From Octopus vulgaris (Eukaryota), in assembly GCA_951406725.2 (NCBI GenBank), contig OX597831.1, positions 23,808,001-23,872,000 of the forward strand: DNA of 64,000 nucleotides, written 5' to 3'. The notes under the pieces were generated by a model. That model was not told the origin of the DNA, did not search any database, and saw nothing but the letters and a program-made list of their open reading frames with translations. The translations under genes and the position numbers were made by a program. Positions 1-13,136 of the stretch are shown piece after piece; position 1 is the first letter of the stretch, and every line of letters starts with the position of its first letter.

Positions 1-393
1 GTGGGAGGTGTAGGAGAAAAGGAAAGAGAAGAAAATAATCAATTTACAAACTAACTGAGCAATGTTGCTTGTAGGTGCACTCATTGAATGCACCGCAGGA
101 AGCTTGACGGGCTTAGATAGTTGAGAAGAAGTGTGTGAGACATGGAGAGTAGAAAGAGAGTAAGAGAGATAGAGAGAGAGAGAGAGAAAGAAAGGGAGAG
201 ATTACTGATGAGAGCTAAAGCTGGAAAGAAAGAAAAGAAGGAAGAAGTAAGAAGAAAGCAAAAAAAGAAACTGCATCAAATCATTTTATATGATTAGATG
301 ATTGGCTATTAAAAAGAAATGCAAAAGTACACAATGATGTATGCGTGTGTGTATGCATATGTATGTATATATACACACACACATATATATATG

Positions 394-439
<46 letters not shown>

Positions 440-540
440 GTACGTATGTATGTGTATGTTAGGTCCACCCCCACAAAGAAAAGCCTTGCTCAGGCCATGA
501 TGCATATAGTGCAAATACAGGTCAGCTCTGATAGAACTGC

Positions 541-571
<31 letters not shown>

Positions 572-573
572 AC

Positions 574-659
<86 letters not shown>

Positions 660-1228
660 CAGTATGTATGTACATGTGTCCATATGTAAACATACATACA
701 CTCATATACATATTATATATTTAAGTATATCTTTATTTGCACACACACACACACATGCATACACACATTCATACATTCATACATACATACATACATATAT
801 AGGTTTGTGTATGTCTGTGTGTGTGTAAAACAAATCAGTCAAATTGGCAGACTTGTTAGAGTATCAGATAGATAACTTTGCAGCAATAGTTGTAGCTACC
901 TGTACTCTGAGTTCAAATCATACTTAAGTCAAATTTACTTTACAACCTATTGTGTGTATGAGTGTGTGTGGGGGGGCACAATAAAATATTATATCAGTTA
1001 AGCACTGGTATTTTCTCTTCTTTCTCTTCTCGAAGAATTTGACTTTAGTTAAACGTAGATAAAAATGGGGTTGGCCAAATTTAAATTACCTGAACTCCCC
1101 TATCTGTTGTGCCTCATCTCATGTTGCTCTACTTTCAGTTTGACACCTGATGTATGATACACAGTATACATGTTCAGACAACAACGATTTCATGGAGAGA
1201 ATAAACTGATGTGCAGCACATACATTTT

Positions 1229-1463
1229 ATCATCATCATCATCATCATTTAACGTCCGTTTTCCATGCTAGCATGGGTTGGACGGTTCAACCGGGGTCTG
1301 GAAAACCAGGCGGGTGCACCAGGCTCCAGTCTGATCTGGTAGTGTTTCTACAGCTGGATGCCCTTCCTAACACCAACCACTCTGTGAGTGTAGTGGGTGC
1401 TTTTTACATGCCACTGGCACAGGTGCCAGGGGAAGCTGGCAAAGGCCACGATCGGTTGGTGCT
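1229..1463 (-). mobile_element. RTE LINE 3' UTR copy (5'-truncated) with (GAT)n tail
   Basis: Reverse complement of the family sequence ...GTGGTTGGCGTTAGGAAGGGCATCCAGCTGTAGAAA...GGACGTTAAA(TGA)n, seen at least 10 times in the window; longer copies join RTE ORF2 C-terminal peptides (see 13503, 19398). Confidence 0.8.
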
Positions 1464-1486
1464 CACTATAAACATCAAATATTTAA

Positions 1487-1707
1487 CCCTTTTGTTACCA
1501 TATTTCTGGTGAGATGTTCTGTGTTTCTTTCAATTAATTTTAAATATAGCAAAGAATTCAGTAAAATAACTTAGCTATCATTCAGCTAGTGTTAGGAACA
1601 TAAATTGTGACTAAGGTTTGGTGGGGGATTTTAATTCAGAACTTTTGAATACAAGACATTTGTACTACTAAGACAGAGGCGGTTTCAGCCGGATTGGTAT
1701 TGAAAAA
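1487..1707. mobile_element. piggyBac-type MITE, right end decayed
   Basis: TTAA-CCCTTTTGTTAC start; colinear with the intact copy at 18533-18753. Confidence 0.7.
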
Positions 1708-2754
1708 TAAATCCTTCCCATGTCATGGCATATGTATGTGTGAATGTGTGAGTGTGTGTGTGTTCTTGTCTTGATAAAGTGTTATGGCTGTGACCAACAT
1801 ACAAGACAGCATCCTTCATTTTCGAATCTTCTGTGAAAAGCCATCCAGCCATGGAAAAATATTAATTTGCTTTGAAACAGATGATTTGCCAACATGAAAG
1901 GCATCTGGATGTAGAAAACCTGATTCAACAAACTGCATGTGACCCAGGTAGGCATTGAAAAGTGGACATTAAAACAACAATGACCATGACGACTTGAGAC
2001 AGACTGAGCCAGTTTTAAAATAGCAACAGTTATTTTTATCTCAAACCCTGCTACCTTCTATCAACAATAAGTCTACGGCTATTAAACCTTAACGATGCAG
2101 ATCAGTTGAATGGATTGAAATGCCATGTAAAAAGATACAATAAACCATAATACGAAAAGAAAAAAAGAACAAACAAACAAAACATATATGACAATACAAT
2201 GAAAGTAAATCTAATCTGTCAACATTTTCTTATCTCTCTTTGTCATCTTTTCTTCATCTCTCTTAACCATCTTTTTCTGTCTTTTTCTGCTGGCCTTTCC
2301 TCTTCAATCTTCTGTTCCTTCTTCATCTCTTTCCTGAAACAAAACAGTGCAGTAAACCAAAATCATGCCAGATCAAGACATTTGATCTAGATATCTTTAT
2401 ATGAAATCCAGAGTAGCAGGGACAATAATAATGAATTAGGTAGGGATACATTGAGCTGATATTTCAATTGAGGCTTTCATTATAGTTTTGTTTTTTAATA
2501 TATCTAGGAGGGTATTAGAGTGTCTTATTTCATTCAAAAAGGAGGCTCATCGCCTTCATAAGACTCTCTAAACTATTAGAAGTTTTAGACTATGTCTACT
2601 GTCTATGATATAAGTATAAAATGGATTGGTAAAACATAAGGTAATGAACACATGACCTTAGGATCATGAGCTGAATACTTTAACCTCTAAACCATGTGCC
2701 GTCACCTTTACCTTCAGTAGGACTATTCCAATAATAACCAGAGAGGTTTAGAAA

Positions 2755-2935
2755 TACAGATAGCCCTCTGTATATTGAAGAGCACAGCAGGAATATCATC
2801 CTGTGTCAATGAAACAAATAATACGATGAACAAAATAACATTGTCAGAATCTATTTCCAGGATGTCATAAATGCTTCAAAACGGCAGAATCAATCAATAA
2901 GGGAAGCAAATATAATAGACACAATTTACCTGGAA
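2755..2935 (+). pseudogene. highly decayed CR1/L2-type RT fragment
   Basis: Partial translations IALCILKSTAG and FPGCHKCFKTAESINKGSKYNRHN loosely resemble the IP..LK / FP..WK.A.I....KG....NYRPIS region. Confidence 0.3.
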
Positions 2936-3249
2936 AATGAATAGCTAATAAAAATATCAAACATGCAATCATATTGACATAACTAAACCATGTAGTGATT
3001 GTGGAGGCTGGTTGATGAAGTTGGTAGATATCAAGGCTGTTAAGATTGAAATTTTGCAATACCACACCTGACCTATATATAAAACCTTCAAATATCCTTG
3101 TCAAAATTGAATACTTCTATTCATATTTCTTATTGAACATCCTCGTTAACCTTGAACACTTTTGGTGTACGTCCTCGAAAATGTAACTAATTTTTCGTTT
3201 CGAGAAAAGGAATGCTTGACGTATTTCTGAAACCATAGATAGTAAAGAT

Positions 3250-3313
<64 letters not shown>

Positions 3314-3356
3314 AATACTAATAATAATAATGATAATAATGATAATGATAATAATG

Positions 3357-3402
<46 letters not shown>

Positions 3403-3452
3403 TAATAATAATAATAATAATAATAATGATAATAATGATAATGATAATAATG

Positions 3453-3504
<52 letters not shown>

Positions 3505-3524
3505 TAATAATAATGATAATGATA

Positions 3525-3581
<57 letters not shown>

Positions 3582-3646
3582 TAATAATAATAATGATAAT
3601 AATAATAATAATAATAATAATGATAATAATAATAATGATAATAATG

Positions 3647-3698
<52 letters not shown>

Positions 3699-3730
3699 TA
3701 ATAATAATAATGATAATAATGATAATAATG

Positions 3731-3782
<52 letters not shown>

Positions 3783-3836
3783 TAATAATGATAATAATAA
3801 TAATGATAATAATGATAATAATAATAATAGTAATAA
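3250..3836. repeat. (TAA)n/(TGA) microsatellite
   Basis: Direct inspection. Confidence 0.98.
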
Positions 3837-4514
3837 GGATGCCCTGATGCAGTACCAGGATAATAATAATAGTACCAGGATGCCCTGATGCAGTACCAGG
3901 ATGCCCTGATGCAGTACCAGGCAGTGGCTATGCCCTGATGCAGTACCAGGCAGTGGCTATGCCCTGATGTAGTACCAGGCAGTGGCTCTCATGGCTTCTG
4001 ATCTTAACTGATTGGAAGTGTTATCATGTACATTGTTTTGTCTTGGTATAAAAGATGGGCTACAGCAAATATTCTGCTCAATACCACAGATTTGCTTGTC
4101 AGTTGTTTGACCTTAACCAGTTGAGCATGTCCCTTAGTGGCTGACGATATGTGCATCTCTGATCACGAGCAGAAGTAGTGGGGGAGCATCATAGCCATGT
4201 GTTGAGAGGGATTCTTTGGGGTTTGAATAATTCACCTCTGGAAACATGGGTGTTTCGTTCAACGTCCTTAAACAACCCTTATTCAGGGACCTTTTGAGCA
4301 GGATGGGTTACTCGATCTGAAGAAAATTCTAACTGGGCTCCACCTGCAAGGTCATGTGCTGTTTATCTTGATATGAGATCACCATATCGCGCACATATGG
4401 TTGTGATGCATGTGCCTGGTGTACCCTTATCAGACGGGTAGTCATGATGGGTATACTGGGCTTCGTATATTTTACCCCAGTGTCACTTTGATGTCATGCT
4501 CTGCTCGCTCACTC
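3837..4514. mobile_element. ~560-bp non-coding interspersed element inserted in (TAA)n, with a tandemly reiterated terminus
   Basis: Near-identical reverse-complement copy at 56908-57466; both are flanked by (TAA)n on each side; ATGCCCTGATGCAGTACCAGG is repeated about 5 times at 3837-3985. Confidence 0.85.
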
Positions 4515-4785
<271 letters not shown>

Positions 4786-5849
4786 CTGCTGCTGTTTATA
4801 ACATTCAGAATGGAAGTTATTATAAAGTCAAATAATTTGTTTTATGAGTTTTTCAGCTTTTTTTTTACACTGTAAAGAGACTAGAAAATGAAGATGGGGT
4901 AAAAATTACCAAAATACCCAAAAATTAGACAGGAAATGTCTAGCAACAATGATTCTGAAATTAGCAAATTGTTCTCTTTTGAATGGTAATTTCCATATTC
5001 TCTGTGTGAATGTGTGTGTGTGCGTGCGCTTTATTATTGTCAGCATCATTATCATCATCACCATCACTTTCATAATTACTACCATCATGTCAAACCAATG
5101 TCAAAGCCTCAACGACATCATTTGATATGCAGGAAATAGAAGCCAAATTTGCTTCAAATCACAATTACTTTCCTTTAAAAAATGGAAGAACACATTGAAT
5201 AATGTTCTCCTAGTGATATTATGCCTGAAAAAGATGGAACGATCAAAGTTGGTATTATTTGATACCATTGTCACTATTTCTTCTTCCTTAGCATTATCAT
5301 CATCATCACCATAACAAACAGCACCAAAAATAAGTACACCAATATTTTGGGAATGATATGACTAATTAAATCCTTCCCTTAACATTGGATCTCTGGACTG
5401 TGGAAATTAGACAAAGATTCTCTCTGGAGAATTGTGGTTTCATTTCAAAATTCAAGCAGTTTCATTTTAACTTAGATTGCTAATCGTCTATGTAAGTTTG
5501 AAATTTGGTTTTAGTTCCCTGTTGGAGCAATTCAAATTTCCTATACACCTTTATAAACTTTGCAGCCAGGTTTGAATTCCTAGTTTAATTGATTCTTTTT
5601 TTTTTTTTTTGTACCTTCAACAATAAGACAGTATTGTAGTTTGCTTGAAGCATTGTGTATTGTTTGTAAAGAAGAAAATGTTTTGAATCGTACAACGATG
5701 CACTGTAATATAGACAATGGACTATATACCTGTTGTAATTTAGTCATCCATGGTCTGATATGATATTTCAGAATAAAATTCCTTCTTCAGATATTCTTAG
5801 ATGGAGTTGCTGCTATAATCGGTTTTCTAACGGCTTTTAAGAATTAAGG

Positions 5850-6092
5850 AAAAAAACACCATCCGATCGTGGCCGTTTGCCAGCTTCGTCTGGGACCTGT
5901 GCAGGTGGTACGTAAAAAGCACCCACTACACTCACGGAGTGGTTGGCGTTAGGAAGGGCATCCAACTGTAGAAACATTGCCAGATCAGACTGGGCCTGGT
6001 GCAGCCTTCTGGCTTCCCAGACCCCAGTTGAACTGTCCAACCCATGCTAGCATGGAAAACGGACGTTAAACGATGATGATGATGATGATGAT
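5850..6092 (+). mobile_element. RTE LINE 3' UTR copy
   Basis: Family motif AGGAAGGGCATCCA and (GAT)n tail. Confidence 0.8.
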
Positions 6093-6173
6093 ACTCATAC
6101 ACAGACTAGGGCCCCAAATTAACAACAGGCTGGAGGTTGGTAATCAATACATTATTTAGATACATTTGGATGT

Positions 6174-6478
6174 GTCATCATCATCATCATCATCGTTTAA
6201 CGTCCGTTCTCCATGCTAGCATGGGTTGGACGGTTCGACCGGGGATCTGGGAAGCCAGAAGGCTGCACCAGGCTCCAGTCTTATCTGGCAGTGTTTCTAC
6301 AGCTGGATGCCCTTCCTAACGCCAACCACTCCGTGAGTGTAGTGGGTGCTTTTTTACGTGCCACCTGCACAGGTGCCAGGCGAGGCTGGCAATGGCCACG
6401 GTCGGATTGGTGTATTTTATGTGCCACCGGCACGGAAGCCAGACGAGGCGGTGCTGGCATCGGCCACGAGTCGGATGT
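6174..6478 (-). mobile_element. RTE LINE 3' UTR copy with 2-3 internal repeat units
   Basis: Reverse complement of the family sequence; (CAT)n at 6174. Confidence 0.8.
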
Positions 6479-6734
6479 GTGTAGGTTCAATTTTGATAAT
6501 ATGCTCATCTGTGGTTTATAACAAAAAAAAAAGGAAGAAAAGAGAAAAAAGAAGGGAAAAAAAGGAAGCTGTATGTATAATATGTAACTTAGAAGCAGCG
6601 CTACGGATGGACCAGTACACACGAGATTGAGACATGGCTGACTTCACACTCTTCTCATGAGGAATTCCGGAAGGAGCATTGTGAGACCACTTCTGAGACG
6701 CTTCCACAAAATAAAAAAGAAAAGCTGTTAGAAA

Positions 6735-7085
6735 ACCGATTATAAAAAACCCTGCAAAAAACCCTGCAAAAACCCTGCGAGAATCAAGTCTGTTGGTTCG
6801 AGGAGCACAACTATTCAACTCTATTCTGGTACATGTCAGAAATCTATCAGGATGCAGTGTGGAATCATTCAAATTGCAACTGGATAGATACTTAAGCACC
6901 ATTAGAGATGAACCCCATCTCCCAGGATATACACAACGAGCACAAACTGACTCAAACTCGCTCCTACACATGTCAAATTTAAACAGAGAATACAACCTGG
7001 CAACCACACCAGACTCTGAGGGTGGAGTCTTCGACTTGGCCTGAGCATGGACTCAAACTCAAATGAAATGAAATGAAAATGAAAT
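6735..7085 (+). mobile_element. CR1-group LINE 3' end (ORF2 C-terminus, UTR, (AAATG)n tail)
   Basis: KTLRESSLLVRGAQLFNSI...FKLQLDRYLSTIRDEP...SNSLL matches the RGP.LFN..FK..LD.FL...PDEP..SNSL C-terminus; ends in AAATG repeats. Confidence 0.8.
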
Positions 7086-7304
7086 AACAGCGACTCCATC
7101 TAAGAATATCTGAAGAAGGAATATTATTCCGAAATATCATATCAGACTATGGATGGTTAAATTCCAACAGGTAAATAACCCATTGTCTGTATTATAGTGC
7201 ATTGTTGTAACATTCAAAAACTTTTTATCCTTTTCAACGATAAATTTTTCTTTGTAAACTTTGTAAATAGGATTCAGTTTCCAATTGCAGAAATTATATT
7301 TTAA

Positions 7305-7620
7305 TTCCATCCATTCATCATCCATTTTCTTCTCTCACTATTCATGAAAGGGTTGTGAGAGTAAACCCCTCAGGTCTCTCCCTCACAGTGTTCTGTCAAA
7401 AGCGACCGCTATTGGACTTTCTGGCAGATTTTCAAAGACTACTAATTGAGACTATGGAAATTATCCAACCAATTTATTCTTGATTTACCCCTAAGTCTCC
7501 TTTCACTTGGCTCCCCTTGAAGAATCCATCTTGCAGTTCTTTCCTGCACCATTCTAATCACGTGTCCATAGTACCTGAGCTGTGATCTCTCACTTTAATC
7601 TACAAATATTCTTTTGAAAA
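7305..7620 (-). mobile_element. RTE-clade LINE ORF2 C-terminal remnant
   Basis: Minus-strand translation QLRYYGHVIRMVQERTARWILQGEPSERRLRGKSRINWLDNF fits the RTE LRW.GHV.RM...R.RGRP...W.D motif; ends GAAAATGGATGATGAATGGATGG. Confidence 0.8.
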
Positions 7621-8458
7621 ACCTTAGAATATGTTCTTTTAGTTTCCAGTTGGAAACAACTTCATTCAAATGTAAACAGCCAAATTTCCTTTGTAAAGAC
7701 ACGAATATCCCCGCCTTTCATGCCACCTTTTCTTTCCAAAGTAAAGAACCCTTACGTTTTTGTCAAGACCAAACTTATATTATTCTTCCTACATTTTTGT
7801 TTATATTGCTTTTTTGATTGCAAATAGAAGAAAAATGCATCAGTTTCGAGATATCAGAGCAAAAAGAGAAAATCCAAGATAAAAAAACATGAGTACAAAA
7901 AAAAGCAAAAAAAAGGAAAAAAGCAAAATGCAATAAATGACAGAATCTAGTCAGACATGTTGTCAAAGAGGAATTATAGGATGCTGTTTGTTTATTTCGG
8001 TTAAGAAACATCGAAGATTTGTACGAGAACTATTGAATAGAAAAGGACATTAAATTCAGTTTATACAAATGGATTAACAAAGTTATTAAACTTTTCAAAA
8101 GAAACTAAAAAAAACATAGGGATGATATATATATATCATATGTGTGTGAGTGTATGTCCATGACAGGCATTTATGAGCATGCATACACATATATATACAC
8201 ACATACAACGTTATTCAAGCTTACACAAAAATTTGCAATGGATCACGATGTTGAAATTATCTCTGTGCAAGTACAAGAAAATGGGTCACGACCAACAAAG
8301 ACAGCTGCTCATATGATATATGCTTCTGGGAAAATGTGATGCTAAGAGAGTCTGTAGAGCAGAATAATGCATGCAGTGAGTGTGCCGAAATAGGTGAACA
8401 TGTGAAAGGAAAGTTGCCGCATTTATGGTATTCTGTCATTCTCAGTGCCTAATGTGAA

Positions 8459-8610
8459 TTTTCCATATAATCTCTGTTTCAATGAACTAATGAAGCAGTT
8501 ATATGTATGACAGGCATGAAATGGTGGCATAGAAGGCAAAATAGAATGTGTATATATATTAGACAGATAGATGAATAGATTAACAGAGAGAGAGAGAGAG
8601 AGAGACAGAC

Positions 8611-8660
<50 letters not shown>

Positions 8661-9134
8661 GATGTAAGGAAGAAAAATGGATGGAATGAAAGCAAGAAGA
8701 AGATAGATGGAGGAGCAAAAGGAAGAAAAGGAAGAAGGAAGCACAAAAAAAAACAAAAGAAAAGAAAAAGGAAGTATATGAAAGAGAAGACAATGGAAGA
8801 ACGATGGAATAAAATTAACAAAAAATGAATGAAAGAACAGAAAGGGTCACGACCAACAAAGAAAGCTGAAAGAAAGCTTCTGGAAAGAAAGAAAGAAAGA
8901 AAGCTAAGGGAGTCTGTAGAAAAGGGACTGAAGGAAGGAAAGGAGATGAAAAAAATAGGTGAACATGTGAAAGGAAAGTTGCCGCAATGAATTCTGTCAT
9001 TCTCATTTTTCCATATAATCTCTGTTTCAATGAACTAATAAGAAGCAGTTATATGTATGACAGGCATGAAATGGTGGCATAGAAGGCAAAATAGAATGTG
9101 TATATATATTAGACAGATAGATGAATAGATTAAC

Positions 9135-9213
<79 letters not shown>

Positions 9214-9393
9214 ATGTAAGGAAGAAAAATGGATGGAATGAAAGCAAGAAGAAGATAGATGGAGGAGCAAAAGGAAGAAAAGGAAGAAGGAAGCAAAAAA
9301 AAAAAACAAAAGAAAAGAAAAAGGAAGTATATGAAAGAGAAGACAAGAATGGAAGAACGAAGGAATAAAATTAACAAAAAATGAATGAAAGAA
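8459..9393. repeat. near-identical ~380-bp tandem duplication with a mosaic spacer
   Basis: 8459-8837 matches 9007-9393; the spacer 8838-9006 interleaves pieces of 8283-8458 and 9390-9510. Confidence 0.85.
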
Positions 9394-10039
9394 AGAAAGA
9401 AAGAGAGAAAGAAAGAAAGAAAGAAAGAAAGAAAGGAAAGAAAGAAAGAAAGAAAGGAAAGGGAGGTATAGAAAAAGGGACTGAAGGAAGGAAAGGAGAT
9501 GAAAAACCAGGGAAGAAATTGGAAAGAACAATAAGAAAAAGGAGGAAGGATGAAAGAAAGGAATGAGTGAAATGCAGAAAGGAGATAGACTGAGAAAGAA
9601 AGATAAAATCTGAATGGCGACTTGAATGTACTTTTGTGAAATCCCCCTTTTTTTTTTTTTGTAACAGCTTCTTAAAATCTTTTTCTGAAGACTTACTTCA
9701 AAAGGTTCTTCGTGAAAAGCTCACATTATTATTATTATTATTTTTTTTTTTTTTTGATAAAATAAATATTGCAAAAAAAAAAAAAAAGAAAAATCAAAAG
9801 TTTGATATTTAGTGCTTCCTTTACCAATATATAGAAATATTGACAAAAATGATGAAAAGCAAAACTAAATGCTCACTGTATTTTTGATCTTGCTGTTGAA
9901 ACAGATTTGGCAGTCAAACGAAACTTAGACACAAATCTGTCTGTTTGTATTTACAAAGACACATACATACATGCATACATACTTACATATGTACGTACAT
10001 ACACACACACACACACATATATATATTTATATATGAATG

Positions 10040-10625
10040 TAGAGGCGCATGGCTCAGTGGTTAGAGTGTCGAGCTTACGATCGTGAGGTTGTGAGATCGA
10101 ATCCTGGACCAGGCTGTGTGTTGTGTTCTTGAGCAAGACACTTTATTTCGATTTCTTTACTTCCCACAAAGGGCTAAACACAGAGGAGACAAACAAGGAC
10201 AGACAGACGGATTAAGTCGATTATATCGACCCCAGTGCATAGCTGGTACTTAATTTATCGATCCCAAAAGGATGAACGGCAAAGTCAACCTTGGCGGAAT
10301 TTGAACTCAGAATGTAACGGCAGATGAAATCCCTCTAAGCATTACACCCGGCATGCTAACGTTTCTGCTAGCTCACCACCTTAGGACACTTTATTTCACG
10401 TTGCTCCAGTTCACTCAGCTGTAGGAATGAGTTTGCGACATTACAAGTGCTAAGCTGTATCTGCTGTTGCCTTTCCCTTGGATAACACTGGTGGCATGAA
10501 GAGGGGAGGCCTGTATGCAAGGGCGATTGCTGGTCTTCCATAAACAACCTTGCCCGGACTTGTGCCTGAGAGGGTAATTCTAGGTGCAATTCCATGGTCT
10601 GTGTTCTGACGGAAGGGGTCTCAGA
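10040..10625 (+). mobile_element. tRNA-derived CORE-type SINE interrupted by a nested SINE
   Basis: A box TGGCTCAGTGGTTAGAG, B box GATCGAATCC, CORE-like TTGAGCAAGACACTTTATTTCAC; homologous to 21505-21843. Confidence 0.85.
10150..10384 (-). mobile_element. tRNA/Meta-domain SINE nested with a 13-bp TSD
   Basis: TSD GACACTTTATTTC at 10137-10149 and 10385-10397; Meta-like TTCATCCTTTTGGGATCGATAAATTAAGTACC on the minus strand. Confidence 0.85.
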
Positions 10626-10626
10626 T

Positions 10627-10685
<59 letters not shown>

Positions 10686-11067
10686 GTGTGCATATATATG
10701 AAAACTACACATATTGCTCCAATGTATCAGTTTTAGCTAGATTTCAATGCCTGAGTGTCCTTCATAGAGCCAGTCACTTTACAGAATGTACTAGATGTTA
10801 TTTTTTTTTGTGATACCATCACAACTAAAGTGAAATAAAGAACCCCCATAACTGAGTAAAAGTATAGTAGAGAGGAGATGTGGGGTTAGGGACTTTACAC
10901 TAATTGTTAGGTGATTAGAGTGTGATAGAAGGGACAGGTAGAGGTTTACTGCTGTCAAGAGATACCTAAAAGTAATTTTCTTTCAAATTTTGGCACAGGG
11001 CCAGCAATTTTGGAGTTAGGGCAAGTCAATTACATCAGTCTCATTACTCAACAAGTACTTATTTTAC

Positions 11068-11216
11068 AGTTCTATATTTAAGAGATGAGGAATTATGAAC
11101 ATTATTTATATTATTTACATTATTTACATTTGACGGATATCTTGTTTGTTGTTAACATAACGTTTCAGCTGATATACCCTCCAGCCTTCATGAGGTGTCT
11201 TTGGGAAATTTTGAAC
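11068..11216 (-). mobile_element. Penelope-type inverted terminal segment with a mutated hammerhead
   Basis: Nearly identical to the tail at 26323-26440; the minus strand at 11155-11198 reads ACAC-CTCATGA-AGGCTG..CAGCT-GAAA-CGTT-ATGT. Confidence 0.75.
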
Positions 11217-11387
11217 CTGCCTACAGTCTGTCTACCCTATGTGAAAGGCCTCCCTGAAAAGATACAAAAGATATGTGGCCTATATGACATCAGAACATTA
11301 TTCAAGAGTAATACAACACTTCACAAATATCTCCTTTGAGTAAAACCACCAATAGAAGAGAATATGACTAAGAACTGTGTGTACAAA
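11217..11387 (+). pseudogene. Penelope-like element ORF fragment (linker before the GIY-YIG endonuclease)
   Basis: LPTVCLPYVKGLPEKIQKICGLYDIRTLFKSNTTLHKYLL*VKPPIEENMTKNCVYK fits the PLE LPY..G.SE.I......I...FK...TL...L...K.......VY motif. Confidence 0.85.
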
Positions 11388-12844
11388 AATGAAGTATACA
11401 CACACACATGGCTTTGTGAGTGTTGCAAAAGCTTGGTTGGAGACCCAACATTCTGAGTTCATTTACAGGGCTTAGAAAATCTGAGGGACCACTGCAATAA
11501 GTGCATGAATCTGAGAGGGGAATATGTTGAATAGAATCATAACTAACTAATTTTCCTGTATTTTCTTTCACCAAAACCCAGAATCTTTTCAGCACCCCTT
11601 GTGTGTGTGTGTGCGTGCGCGCATGTGTGAAGTGTAACCTCACTTGGAGTTGCGACAATTATATAATAACAAAAATGACCCTTTTTCTAATCAAAGATAG
11701 GTATTAAATACAAAATTTCTAGTGGATAATAAGTCAGAGGAGGTCTTAAACTCCTGAGGCTCAACAAAAAAATGGTACACATCTGTAGAATATGTTACGT
11801 GTGATCTGTAGTTACCCCAAAATATCATCAAACATATGAATCCAGCCATTGCTATAACAATATCCAACAGAATCCATAGGAATAAGGCTAGATGAAGATG
11901 ATGCTTATCGCAAGAAACAGTTAATATTCAAAGAGAATTGTCGAGAAAAAGAGATGCAATTCAATAGCTAAGAGAAGACAAAATGAAACAAAAGGAAAAA
12001 CAAAGCCAGATCAAGAAAGAAAATAAATAATCCTAAAGAATGTAAAATGGAAATTCAGAGAAAGCAGAAGACAGAAGGCTGACTGCTAGGAAATGATATA
12101 GGGTTCTTATTGCAGAAGGAAATGAAGAAAGTTGTATCTTCAAAAGACAAAGATAAAAATTATTCTAAGTAGAAGAAATACAAGATTTCCAAACAATAGT
12201 CAACAGCAATCATTTTCTAGAAGAAAATTTAAGTGCATCATTCATATGGGTTATGAATATAAATTGCTAATCCTGAAATGCTAATCATATTTTATCAGAA
12301 TGTTCCTTAGATGTTGGTTTCTGAAAACTGCTGTCATACATAAAATAATATTTCCTAACCAAAGAGAAAACACTATATCTTCGTAATTAAATTAGCAACC
12401 CATGGTATCTTAATTATGAAAACATCAAAGATATTAGTTCCTAGAAGGCAGCATTTTTCTTTGATATTCTGGGAGGGCGCATATCTCATGCTTTAGGTTG
12501 TAGGTTATATTGTTTCCATGCTCGTGGCCAAATCTGTTATTGAACCTGCAATATAAATCCTATTGAAGGAGAATTGTTGGTTCAAAAGTAGCCTCTGTTA
12601 TCAAATTAAAGAACCAAGCTAATGAAAGATGCAGCCCTGAAGTTATGACTATTAAAGAGCAAATAGCCTTTATGCTTTCATGAGCAACATGCTTAACATG
12701 ATATGTAGAAGTCAAAGATGAAGAAGTTCAACAAGTAACAAAAACAGAATTGTCAATATGGCATCGAAGATAAACCAAAACAAAAGCCCGAAGATATTGT
12801 AGGTGTCCAAGCATGAAACAAATAATAATAAAACGTCAACCTTT

Positions 12845-13136
12845 CCAAGCCTAGCCAGGATCATGGGCCTGGTTTTCCGGTTTCTGTAGCATATGTGTTC
12901 CCCTCAGCTGGATGAGATGCCAGTCCATTGCAGTGTTACTCAAGAAACAGGAAAAGAGAGTGAGAGAAAGTGGTGGCGAAAGAGTACAACAAGGGTTGCC
13001 ACCAGCCCCTGCCGGAGTCTTGTGGAGCTTTTTGGTGTTTTCGCTCAATAAACACACACAGCGCCCAGTCTGAGAATTGAAACCACGATCCTCCGACCAC
13101 GAGTCCGCTGCCCTGACCACTGCGCCATTGTACCTC
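12845..13136 (-). mobile_element. tRNA-derived CORE-like SINE
   Basis: Minus-strand head GGAGGTACAATGGCGCAGTGGTCAGGGCAGCGGACTCGTGG...GGTTTCAATTC; sister copy at 36990-37358. Confidence 0.8.

Noticed and set aside
51-125. Plus-strand exon after CTAAC...TTGTAG
   Set aside because: Only 10-16 codons precede a stop; indistinguishable from chance without transcripts.
3839-3860. Hammerhead core in CCCTGATGCAG
   Set aside because: It reads CUGAUGC rather than CUGANGA, and there is no matching GAAA or stems.
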